Shown piece by piece: positions 1 through 8,943 of a stretch of DNA of 33,398 nucleotides (position 1 is the first letter of the stretch; each line of letters begins with the position of its first letter). The translations under genes and the position numbers were made by a program. The notes beneath the pieces were generated by a model that searched no databases, was not told the origin of the DNA, and worked only from the letters and a program-made list of their open reading frames with translations. Source of the stretch: an uncultured Methanosarcinales archaeon (GTDB lineage Archaea > Nanobdellota > Nanobdellia > Woesearchaeales > JAGVZT01); the NCBI GenBank assembly GCA_964419615.1, contig CAYQPU010000017.1:1-33398 (forward strand), written 5' to 3'.

Positions 1-493
1 TTTCATCTAATTCTTCCTTAACTAGAGCAAAGTTGATGACTTGATCTGTCATTGGCAGTTTTTCTCCTTGAAGCAAAGGCTGCCAAATGTAGAACGTGAT
101 CAGAATTATGATTAAAATGGAAAATATTGTCCAGCCTTTTTCTTTTACTGAGTTTATTATGTTTTTCTCTAGTTTAACATGTTTCTTTAGAAAGTATGTT
201 ATTAATAATGGTAAGATTAGTGTGATAAGTAGGATTGTTGTTGGATTTATTGGAATGTTAAGATTTGATAGAAAATCAATTGGTATTAGGAATAATGATC
301 CTGTAAAAAATGATATTAATATTCTTTCTAGTAATGTGAAATCAAATTTCAATAGATAAGTTAGACCAAAGCAAGGCAGGATTAAGATTAAAGTATAATA
401 CATAAAGATTGGATATTTTGATAAGAATATACCAATCCCAGCTAAACCTGCAATTCCAGCTATTAATTGGAGTGTAGATAGCTTTAATTTCAT
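1..493 (-). CDS. Multi-pass membrane protein, 5' part only (runs off the window start); N-terminal DUF1616-like TM block followed by the start of a probable GT-C glycosyltransferase domain
   Basis: Not in the ORF track. Manual translation from ATG at 493 is open to position 2: MKLKLSTLQLIAGIAGLAGIGIFLSKYP...LLERILISFFTGSLF...WQPLLQGEKLPMTDQVINFALVKEELDE. TTTATATA box at 522-515, 21 nt upstream. Confidence 0.75.
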   Translation of the reverse strand, partial: MKLKLSTLQLIAGIAGLAGIGIFLSKYPIFMYYTLILILPCFGLTYLLKFDFTLLERILISFFTGSLFLIPIDFLSNLNIPINPTTILLITLILPLLITYFLKKHVKLEKNIINSVKEKGWTIFSILIIILITFYIWQPLLQGEKLPMTDQVINFALVKEELDE

Positions 494-682
494 AATTTAA
501 AGATAGAATGTGGTTATATAAATTTTCTTATATGAGATTTTTCACCACTTCTAAATAGTATTAAACTGTGCTTTAATTATACTTAACCATAAGAAACATT
601 TATAATACCATAATTGTTTTTAGAGTATTGGGTTCTGGGGTAAGTTAGATATTATTAGATAAGGCTTAAACAGGGTGATAAA

Positions 683-2419
683 ATGACAACAATACTTGGG
701 ATTATAGACAGTCATGAGAGTTCTGCATGTATTTTTAAAGACGGAAAAGTGGTTGCTGCTCTTAGTGAAGAACGGCTTAATAGAATTAAGGGATATGCTT
801 TGTTTCCAAAGCTTGCTATTCAAAAAGTGATGGAAATGGCTGATGTTAAGGGTCATGAAATTGATCTTGTAACTGTTGGCATGACTTACAATACTTTTGA
901 TACAAGGAAAGCTCAAGAAGGAGAATATCGAAAAAGAGTTAAACTGATTTCAGCTGTGTCTGGAGTTTTACCAAGTTCATTTTTATCATCAAATTTTACT
1001 AGACAAACATATAGATTATTAACAGCTCCAAGAAGAAGAACTTTGTTTTTCAAGGAGAACACTAAGTTATTGCACAGCATTGGAATTTCAACTGAAAAAA
1101 TAAGATTTTATGATCATCATGAGTGTCATGCTGCAACTGCATATTATCAAAGACCATGGAAAGAAAAGACCTTAGTTTTTACAATTGATGGAGAAGGTGA
1201 TGGTTTATGTGCAACTGTTTCTGTTGGTGAAGGAAATAGACTCACAAAAAAAGTGAGTATTTCTGCATTTAATTCTCTTGGCAGTATGTATAGCAGAACT
1301 ACCAAGTATTTGGGAATGAAGCCATGGGAGCATGAGTACAAGGTTATGGGTATGGCTCCTTATGCAAAGGCTAAGTATGGTGAAAAGACTTTTGAGATTT
1401 TTGAAAAGTTCATTAAGGTTTATGGACTTGGTTTTAAGAATCAAACTGGAAAGGTTGGACCACAGTTTGAGAAAATGCTTCACAAGGAGCTAAAGGGTCA
1501 CAGATTTGATAATGTGTCATATGGCTTACAAAAATTGGCTGAGGAGACAATCACAAAGTGGATTGAGAATAATGTCAATCATTTTGGAATTAACAAGATT
1601 GCTATGGCAGGTGGTGTAGTACTTAATGTTAAAGCAAACAAGAAGATAGCTGAGCTTGATTGTGTTGACAAATGCTTTTTTTATCCTGCTGCAGGTGATT
1701 ATTCAACTTCAATTGGTTCTGCTATTTTGGGTTATCGTGATCTTTGTGCTCAAGATGGAAAAAAGTTTGATGTCGAAACATTAACCACTCTGTATTATGG
1801 TCCAAGTTATGATGATGAACTTGATAGTTTCGTGAAACAACTTAACAAAAGAAAATACAAAGTTGAGATGTACAAGGATATTGATGGTGTTGTTGGAAAA
1901 ATGGTTGCAAAGGGAAGCATTATTGCTAGGTGTACTGGCGCTATGGAATTTGGGCCAAGAGCTTTAGGTAATAGATCTATTCTTGCTAATGCAACTAGTA
2001 TTAAAACGGTTCAAAAGATTAATTCAATGATTAAGTTTAGGGATTTTTGGATGCCATTTACACCATCTATGGTATCTGGTAGAGAAAATGATTATATTGT
2101 TAATCCAAAAGGTCATGATGCTTATTATATGATTCAGGCTTTTGATTCAAAACCAGAGACTAGAGATAATATTATTGCATCTATTCATCAGGCAGATAAA
2201 ACAACACGTCCACAAGTAGTTGAAAAGGAATGGAACCCAGGCTATTATAAGGTTTTGAAAGCTTATGAAAGAGTAACTGGTATTGGTTCACTTCTAAATA
2301 CTTCTTTGAATTTGCATGGAGAACCTATTGTTTGCACACCGGTTGATGCTATTCATACATTAAAGAATTCAAAGCTTAACTATGTTGCACTTGGAAATTA
2401 TTTGATATCCAAAGCTTGA
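683..2419 (+). CDS. Carbamoyltransferase, NodU/CmcH family
   Basis: Motifs HESSAC..EERLNRIK, DHHECHAATAYY, AGGVVLNVKAN, EFGPRALGNRSILA, LLNTSLNLHGEPIV; GGGTGA Shine-Dalgarno-like motif just upstream of the ATG. Confidence 0.93.
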   Translation: MTTILGIIDSHESSACIFKDGKVVAALSEERLNRIKGYALFPKLAIQKVMEMADVKGHEIDLVTVGMTYNTFDTRKAQEGEYRKRVKLISAVSGVLPSSFLSSNFTRQTYRLLTAPRRRTLFFKENTKLLHSIGISTEKIRFYDHHECHAATAYYQRPWKEKTLVFTIDGEGDGLCATVSVGEGNRLTKKVSISAFNSLGSMYSRTTKYLGMKPWEHEYKVMGMAPYAKAKYGEKTFEIFEKFIKVYGLGFKNQTGKVGPQFEKMLHKELKGHRFDNVSYGLQKLAEETITKWIENNVNHFGINKIAMAGGVVLNVKANKKIAELDCVDKCFFYPAAGDYSTSIGSAILGYRDLCAQDGKKFDVETLTTLYYGPSYDDELDSFVKQLNKRKYKVEMYKDIDGVVGKMVAKGSIIARCTGAMEFGPRALGNRSILANATSIKTVQKINSMIKFRDFWMPFTPSMVSGRENDYIVNPKGHDAYYMIQAFDSKPETRDNIIASIHQADKTTRPQVVEKEWNPGYYKVLKAYERVTGIGSLLNTSLNLHGEPIVCTPVDAIHTLKNSKLNYVALGNYLISKA

Positions 2420-3681
2420 TAATATTTCATAAATCTCTTGGCCAGGATTACACAGTTATCTGTACCTTGCTGTAATCTACTTAACTGAGATTTTTCAATT
2501 AAGTATAGATTCTTTATTGGTGTTTTCATAGCAGGTCTTTTCCTAGAAAAGTTTAAGCTTATGATTGGGTTAGAAAATGGATTCTTGTAAACATGATAAT
2601 TTTTGATCCAGTTGGTTTGGAATGTTGGAAACAAACGTTTTAGATCATTTATGTACAACTCAAGTAGTTGTTTGTTAGGCATTTTCATTTGAGGGTTTTG
2701 TTCTGGGATATACCTACTTAAGTAAACAATATTTGAACCAAAGTCTTTTTTTATGTAATTTGTGTGCTCAACCATTAATCTAAATGAGTAATTGTTATGG
2801 ATGTTTGTCCAGTAGTAATCTGACAGGTTGTTTTTGAGTAATAGAATCATACAGATAACCCCTGAGTACTTTATTCTGCTTAGCTTTTCTTGATAGTCAT
2901 TAGGGAGTTTTGTGATTTTTGTAAATACTGGAAGAGGCAGCGTTGATACAATTGTTTTTGTTTTGTATGTTTTGTCTGCTTTAATTCCTCCAACCACTCT
3001 ATTTTTAACAATTATTTCTTTGACTGAAGTGCTTGTTTTTATTTGACCACCAAGATCTAATATTTTCTTTTCTAATTTATCAACTAATGTTTGAAAACTG
3101 TTTTCAATATAACCTAATTTTTCTCTTTCTAATGGATGAGATCTTGAAGTTGTTCTCATGTAAAGTCTTTCCCAGATGTATGAGGCTGGTACTTGTTTGT
3201 AGTGTTTGCCGAACTTGTTTAACAATAATGGCTTCCAGACAACATTGTATGTTCTTTTATCAAGATATTTTAAAAGCCATTTTTCTGCTGGAATTTTTTC
3301 TAGTTGTTTCCAGTCTTTTATAAACGGAACAGCTAAACTAAACAATCCAAGCTTGAATCTCCCTGTGATGGAAATTGGTTCTAGTTTTAAAAGATCAGTT
3401 GCTGATCCAAATGCATGGATCTTATCTTTGTACACCATTCCAACTTTAGAATCATGCCAATTTATCTTGATTTTGAGTTCTTTACATAGCTCTTGAACAT
3501 CTGTTTCATATTTGAATATATGGTGGTAATATTTTTCAACCCACTCATTACCAACTTTAATAGAACTCGCTAGACCTCCAAGCTGCTTGTCTGCTTCAAA
3601 CAAAGTTACATTATGTCCTTTTTTTAATAAGTAGTATGCTGTTGAAAGCCCTGTAATCCCTCCACCTACGACTGCTATCAT
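2398..3681 (-). CDS. NAD(P)/FAD-dependent oxidoreductase (amine-oxidase/protoporphyrinogen-oxidase-like family common in glycan loci)
   Basis: N-terminal VVGGGITGLSTAY...FEADKQLGGLASS dinucleotide-binding motif followed by EKYYHHIF. Confidence 0.85.
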   Translation of the reverse strand: MIAVVGGGITGLSTAYYLLKKGHNVTLFEADKQLGGLASSIKVGNEWVEKYYHHIFKYETDVQELCKELKIKINWHDSKVGMVYKDKIHAFGSATDLLKLEPISITGRFKLGLFSLAVPFIKDWKQLEKIPAEKWLLKYLDKRTYNVVWKPLLLNKFGKHYKQVPASYIWERLYMRTTSRSHPLEREKLGYIENSFQTLVDKLEKKILDLGGQIKTSTSVKEIIVKNRVVGGIKADKTYKTKTIVSTLPLPVFTKITKLPNDYQEKLSRIKYSGVICMILLLKNNLSDYYWTNIHNNYSFRLMVEHTNYIKKDFGSNIVYLSRYIPEQNPQMKMPNKQLLELYINDLKRLFPTFQTNWIKNYHVYKNPFSNPIISLNFSRKRPAMKTPIKNLYLIEKSQLSRLQQGTDNCVILAKRFMKYYQALDIK

Positions 3682-5577
3682 TTAAAACCTCAAACTTGAT
3701 TTTTTTGTAAAATCCCTTTGGAAAAATATTTTGTGCCACATTTGAAAACACAACAGTGCCCAGAGTTGTCTTGAGTAATACAGTTTGCTGTGTTCAAAGT
3801 CATGTAGAATTTTCTTAATGTGTTTGGGCTTGAAAACTTTGGTTGTTTTAATCTCTTTTTCTGAAAGTAACTGTTTTGCAGTTTCTCCAAATTCACCTTG
3901 AAGCCAAGAATCAATTGGAACAAAGAACCTATCTTTTTTTCTGGAAGTGATTTGTTTAGGAACTAATCTTGGCAAGGATTTTCTTAGAATGTATTTGTCG
4001 ATTCCTTTCCAAAGCTTTAGCTTTGAATCAATTTGCATTGAATATTCCCACAGATTGTGATCAAGGAAAGGAACTCTAGCTTCTGTTGACCATGCCATTG
4101 TACTCTTATCTGTTTTCATAAGAATGTCTTCTGTAAGCATCATTTCCAGATCAACTCTTAATAGTTGACTTAAGTAGTCATTAGATGTGTCAAAATGGTT
4201 CTTAATTATTTTCATATGATTGTCATAATATTTGTTAAGAAGATTGAATTTTTCTTTTTCATTAAATATTGAGACAATGCTAAGGTATGATTCTGATTTA
4301 TCATTTGTTGTAATAAAATCTGAAAATCTGTCAATACCCTTGTCTCCAAGAGCTGAAGCATATTTAAATCCTGAATTTAATATTGGCTTTGGTACTTTCC
4401 TAATAAGGGGCGGGATAATTGCCCTGGCTAAACAGGGAAATTTCCTAGCAATTTTATAATGAAGAAGTAACATTCTAAACTGTTCGTACCCTGCAAATTG
4501 TTCATCGCTGCCATCCCCTGTCAAAACAACAGTTACTTTTTTCTTAGATTCTTGTGCTAGAAGATATGTTGGAATACATGTAGGATCACATAAGGGTTCA
4601 TCTGTGCTCCACACAATATTGGGAAGTAGTTTTGCAGATTCATCCCCAATTACTAACTCATGATGATCTGTTTCATAGTGATGAGCTAAGTATCTAGCCC
4701 CTGATAGTTTTTTTTCGCTTTCTTCTTCAAACAAAACAGAAAATGTTTTTACAGGCTGATCTGAGAGCTGACTCATTATTGAGACTATTGATCCTGAATC
4801 AACTCCCCCACTGATATAGGCACCTAATGGAACATCACTCATTAACCTCTTTTTTATTGATGATTTTAGTCTTGTAATGATTTCTTGTTGAATTTGGTTT
4901 TGATCAGTATGAGTATTTTTTATTTTAAAATCCCAATATTTTGAGATTCGAATTTTGTTTTTTGAAAAAATCAAAGTGTGTGCTGGTTTTAATTTATGGA
5001 TGTTTTTAAACATTGTTTCAGATGAACTGTTACATCTAAATGTTAGATAATAAGCAAGAGCATCATTGTTCACAGTTTTTTTGAATCCAGGTAACAAAAG
5101 TATGTTTTTTGCTTCTGAAGCAAATATCATATTTTGACCATCAAAATGATAGTATAGTGGTTTGATTCCCAATCTATCTCTTGCTAAGAATAGTTGATTG
5201 TTAGTTGTATCAAACAGTGCTATTGCAAACATGCCATTAAGATGTTTTACACAATCTTGTCCATGTTCTTCATACAAGTGAACAATAACTTCTGCATCAC
5301 AATTTGTATAGAATTTATGGCCTTGTTTTTCTAATTTAGATTTCAGTTCCAAATAATTATAAATTTCTCCATTAAAGACCAAAAACAGTGTTTGTTCTTC
5401 GTTGTGTATTGGATAAAGACCTTTTTTAAGATCAATAATACTAAGCCGATTCATACCTAGTGTAAATCCTTTTGATACAAATAGCGCTCTATCATCTGGA
5501 CCTCTATGATTAGTTAGATCCAGCATTTTTTTTGCTAGTGCTCTATCCTCAAAATTAAACCCAATTATCCCACACAT
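3682..5577 (-). CDS. asnB: Asparagine synthase (glutamine-hydrolysing) family amidotransferase; probably amidates a glycan
   Basis: MCGI Ntn-hydrolase N-terminus requires the start at 5577, not 5586. Motifs HRGPDD, NGEIYNY, RDRLGIKPLYY, SGGVDS, LTGDGSDEQFAGY, EARVPFLD. Confidence 0.93.
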   Translation of the reverse strand: MCGIIGFNFEDRALAKKMLDLTNHRGPDDRALFVSKGFTLGMNRLSIIDLKKGLYPIHNEEQTLFLVFNGEIYNYLELKSKLEKQGHKFYTNCDAEVIVHLYEEHGQDCVKHLNGMFAIALFDTTNNQLFLARDRLGIKPLYYHFDGQNMIFASEAKNILLLPGFKKTVNNDALAYYLTFRCNSSSETMFKNIHKLKPAHTLIFSKNKIRISKYWDFKIKNTHTDQNQIQQEIITRLKSSIKKRLMSDVPLGAYISGGVDSGSIVSIMSQLSDQPVKTFSVLFEEESEKKLSGARYLAHHYETDHHELVIGDESAKLLPNIVWSTDEPLCDPTCIPTYLLAQESKKKVTVVLTGDGSDEQFAGYEQFRMLLLHYKIARKFPCLARAIIPPLIRKVPKPILNSGFKYASALGDKGIDRFSDFITTNDKSESYLSIVSIFNEKEKFNLLNKYYDNHMKIIKNHFDTSNDYLSQLLRVDLEMMLTEDILMKTDKSTMAWSTEARVPFLDHNLWEYSMQIDSKLKLWKGIDKYILRKSLPRLVPKQITSRKKDRFFVPIDSWLQGEFGETAKQLLSEKEIKTTKVFKPKHIKKILHDFEHSKLYYSRQLWALLCFQMWHKIFFQRDFTKKSSLRF

Positions 5578-5582
5578 AAGTA

Positions 5583-6557
5583 TCACTTCAATAACGCAAT
5601 TATGTATATTATAGAACTTAATAAGGCTATATAAAAGTAATCTAATATATGTTCAAAAAAGTGGAAAAATGCTAGATATGGGATTGATAATTTACCTTGT
5701 TTGGCAAAAATAGGTGCTTGAGCTACCCCAGATATATCAATATTGATTAAAGCAATTAGGTTATATGCTACTAGTACAAATGTTATGATGAATAAAAGAT
5801 ATAGTAATGGTGTTGGTCCATTCTTTTTTTGAGGTTTGTTAAATTTACTCTCAATTTGATAAAGTAGTCCAAACACAAGTGGAAAAGTGATGAAGCCGTT
5901 TGTAAGTAATTCTCTAACACCATGAGCCAACCATCTTGAGTTTGTAAATACTCCTGAATTTACTTTAAAAATTATACTCAGAATAATGAATATAAAAACT
6001 CCAATTAATATGTATGCTTTTGCTAGCTTTTGTGTTTGAGGTTGTTGTTTTAGTAATATTATCCTGATAATTCCAGCATATAAAAGCGTGACAAAGAAAA
6101 GAATAATGTTGCTAAAAAACATCATTTTCCAGTTACCGCCATGTTGATAAGTTACTGGATTTTCCCTAGATTGAGATAGAACTTTAAGGGTTTCATCTAG
6201 TCCAACTCTGTTAATACTTGCTGTAAATATTATTAACAGAAAAATGACTGAGATTATTGTAAGGGCTACAATTATTTTTTTTAATTTAGGTTTGTTTAAT
6301 TTAGTTTTATCAATTCTTGACCCATATAATAAAAAAGCACCTGGGAGGAATAAGGAAAACATAATCACCATTGGAAGCTGTCCTAGAAAATGGTCAAATG
6401 TAAACATTGTTTGCAGTAATGTTAAGTTTCCATCTTCATGCACAACAGTATTAAGCAACAAAAATTCAGAATGGTAAACTGCCAAGAATAGATAAGATAT
6501 GCCAAATATAACTAAACAAAGAATCACTGCATATCTTAATAAATTTTCTTGTTTCAT
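5583..6557 (-). CDS. Integral membrane protein (about 7-8 TM) of unknown function with His-rich motifs
   Basis: Alternating hydrophobic segments; polar motifs DHFLGQ, HGGNW, SRWLAHGVRE, HFFEHILDY; 4-bp overlap with the upstream GT2. Confidence 0.7.
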   Translation of the reverse strand: MKQENLLRYAVILCLVIFGISYLFLAVYHSEFLLLNTVVHEDGNLTLLQTMFTFDHFLGQLPMVIMFSLFLPGAFLLYGSRIDKTKLNKPKLKKIIVALTIISVIFLLIIFTASINRVGLDETLKVLSQSRENPVTYQHGGNWKMMFFSNIILFFVTLLYAGIIRIILLKQQPQTQKLAKAYILIGVFIFIILSIIFKVNSGVFTNSRWLAHGVRELLTNGFITFPLVFGLLYQIESKFNKPQKKNGPTPLLYLLFIITFVLVAYNLIALINIDISGVAQAPIFAKQGKLSIPYLAFFHFFEHILDYFYIALLSSIIYIIALLK

Positions 6558-7489
6558 TGGATTATTCTTTTTACAGTATAAATCTCTTCTTTCTTGCTAG
6601 CATAGTATTGTCTTATCTGCATCTCACTTAATAAGCCAAATAGGGCAAATTGTATTCCACTTAGAATAAATAGAACTGCAGGAAGTAACAAGGGCCCTAT
6701 TGAAAATCTGTGATTTTTTATTATGTTTGTGAATAATCCATATGATGCTGCAGTTCCGCCTGTTAATAGGAAAAGAAACCCTAAGATTGCAAAGAAATGA
6801 AATGGTCTTGTTGAGTATTTACTCCAAAAGTTTGCACTTATCAAGTCTAGGAATCCCCTTATAACTCGAGTTATGCTGTATTTGGTTTTGCCATATTTTC
6901 TTTTGTGATGAGAAACTTTAACCTCTGCAATTTTGTAGCCTTTCCATCGCAATAATGTTGGAATGAATCTATGCATTTCCCCATAGATTGTAAGATCATT
7001 TAAACAGTATTTTTTGTAAATCTTTAAGGTGCATCCAAGATCATGGAGTTTTTCTTTTGTAAGGATTTTTCTTAATATAAATGCGATTCTTGAGAGTATT
7101 TTTTTTGAAAAAGAATCTTTTCTATTATATCTCCAACCAGAAACAGCATCGTATCCTTTATTTAGTATGTTTAATAAATGTGGGATGTCTGCAGGATCAT
7201 TTTGAAGGTCTGCATCAATTGTGATAATTTTTTTACCTTTGCTATGATGAAAACCTGCTGCCATTGCTGCTGTTTGGCCAAAGTTTCTTGAGAATTGGAT
7301 TATTTTGATTTTCTTGTTTAATTTATGCAATTGAACCAGATTCTTATAAGTTGAATCAGTTGATCCATCATCAACAAACATGATTTCATAATCTGATGTA
7401 ATCTTATCTAGGACTTTAACTAGCTTAGCTGCAAGAATTTTAACATTATGCTCTTCATTATATGTAGGTATTACAACTGATATTTCCAT
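6554..7489 (-). CDS. Glycosyltransferase family 2, polyprenol-phosphate glycosyltransferase (ArnC/GtrB-like) with two C-terminal TM helices
   Basis: SVVIPTYNE, VDDGSTD, RNFGQTAAM, IDADLQNDP (DxD), GEMHRFIP. Start placed at ATG 7489, which has GGGGG upstream; the track start at 7501 is a TTG. Confidence 0.92.
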   Translation of the reverse strand: MEISVVIPTYNEEHNVKILAAKLVKVLDKITSDYEIMFVDDGSTDSTYKNLVQLHKLNKKIKIIQFSRNFGQTAAMAAGFHHSKGKKIITIDADLQNDPADIPHLLNILNKGYDAVSGWRYNRKDSFSKKILSRIAFILRKILTKEKLHDLGCTLKIYKKYCLNDLTIYGEMHRFIPTLLRWKGYKIAEVKVSHHKRKYGKTKYSITRVIRGFLDLISANFWSKYSTRPFHFFAILGFLFLLTGGTAASYGLFTNIIKNHRFSIGPLLLPAVLFILSGIQFALFGLLSEMQIRQYYASKKEEIYTVKRIIQ

Positions 7490-7565
7490 ATATGCCCCCA
7501 ATATAATAGGAAGAGAAGTGAGTACTTATAGTTTTCTATATATATTATTTAATTTTTCTGAATTA

Positions 7566-8408
7566 TTAAGAAGATTCTTCTTCTAGGTAAGCTTCACCTA
7601 TGGTTTTGCCAGTGTCTATTCCAAGATGTCTAGCTAAAAGATTATTAAGAAAATAGTTAGATTCTAATTCGGTTCTTTTTTTGAGTTTTGCTAGTTTTAG
7701 TTCTTCATCATAGTCAACTTTTCTAATTCCCATAAGTGTTAGTTGGTGCTCTTCACTATATACTGCATCATCCACAACTAAATACCAATCTCCTTCTTTG
7801 GTTATTAATATTTCTCCACCCCCCAAGTGATCTCTTACAAATTGTTCTTCATCAATTTTGTTATACCATAAATCAAATGGATCTTTTATTGAACCCTTAA
7901 CATGACTACAGATTGTTTGGATCATTTTTAATGCAGAGGGATGGTTTTTGACTGTATCTTCGGAATCATGTGAATAAAATCTTGCTTTAATCGGATCACG
8001 AGAAGTTATTATCTGGAGTATTAAATCATCACAATTAGCAGAGATAACACTTCCATATTTAATTGCATATGTTGCTCCTAATTTTCCCATATCTTGGTAG
8101 AAAGAAAAAGTTAGTTGCATTTCAATATGTCCCCAGTGATCAGGTGTGTCAACATCCAACTTTAGATCCCTTTTGTAATGCTCTAATCTATCATTATCCC
8201 ATACTGCATCATATGCTTTTTGAAAACTTAATTCCGCAATTGATGGTGGTTCTGAGGGATCATACACAAAGACATTTTCTGATGTTCTTACATTATTTAA
8301 TCCATCCGAAACAAATTCTTCAAATTTTTGATATACTACTTTACATAGTTTTAATACTTCATTTGGATCAATTTCCTCATACACTTCCCAAGAATCTTGA
8401 TCACTCAT
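7566..8408 (-). CDS. Hypothetical acidic soluble protein (about 280 aa)
   Basis: Long ORF with no recognised motif. ATG 8408 lies 23 nt from a TATTAATA box (8439-8432). Confidence 0.65.
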   Translation of the reverse strand: MSDQDSWEVYEEIDPNEVLKLCKVVYQKFEEFVSDGLNNVRTSENVFVYDPSEPPSIAELSFQKAYDAVWDNDRLEHYKRDLKLDVDTPDHWGHIEMQLTFSFYQDMGKLGATYAIKYGSVISANCDDLILQIITSRDPIKARFYSHDSEDTVKNHPSALKMIQTICSHVKGSIKDPFDLWYNKIDEEQFVRDHLGGGEILITKEGDWYLVVDDAVYSEEHQLTLMGIRKVDYDEELKLAKLKKRTELESNYFLNNLLARHLGIDTGKTIGEAYLEEESS

Positions 8409-8513
8409 AATTGCATGCAAATTGACTCAATTATTAATACTTTGTGATATTTAATTACTCTTTAATGATTAAAATACCAAAAAGTATTTAAGTTATAAAT
8501 TGTTTCATTATGT

Positions 8514-8888
8514 ATGGCATACAGAAGTGATCGCCCACCACACAAAACAAAGTTTGATTCTCTGGAAAGTGCTTTGCTTGCTATCATGAAAGTAGATGAC
8601 CTGATTACTTATCAGAAGCCAAACAAACCTGTGACAATTCAAACACTACTTAACAAAGGATATAATGGTAGATTTACTTATGATGAGGATTATGGATTAG
8701 TAGAAAATGGAGCACAAGCTGCCTTTATTGGATTAAATGGTACAGGGAATGGAGAAACAATCGGAATTTTAGTTGAATCCTCAGAAGGGGTAATGTTTCA
8801 ACATCTTGCTGATTTTGCTGAATATAGTAATATTTATAGACAATTAAATAGAGTTCTTGTTCAAACTAGAGTTGTACCAAGTTATTAA
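8514..8888 (+). CDS. Hypothetical protein (124 aa)
   Basis: Fills the gap, divergent from the 280-aa ORF; AT-rich TATA-like sequence about 20 nt upstream; no recognised motif. Confidence 0.6.
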   Translation: MAYRSDRPPHKTKFDSLESALLAIMKVDDLITYQKPNKPVTIQTLLNKGYNGRFTYDEDYGLVENGAQAAFIGLNGTGNGETIGILVESSEGVMFQHLADFAEYSNIYRQLNRVLVQTRVVPSY

Positions 8889-8943
8889 TTCCTGAGTCCA
8901 AAAACCAAATATTAATATAACTCTATTCTAAATCATCAATTGA

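Noticed and set aside
96-359. 87-aa plus-strand ORF, and the many other short ORFs antisense to long genes (e.g. 620-916, 3033-3496, 8063-8410, 13088-13585, 15891-16328, 25972-26448, 27235-28236)
   Set aside because: They are shadows of well-supported genes on the opposite strand, with Phe/Leu/Ser/Ile-rich antisense composition and no motifs.
8941-8943. TGA read-through (selenocysteine or alternative genetic code) to explain the epimerase start; also two TGAs in MYL*Q* at 31241
   Set aside because: The frame upstream of 8941 hits TAA at 8929 with no start codon. TGA ends conserved proteins (eL33, ArvA, carbamoyltransferase) at their expected lengths, so the standard code applies.
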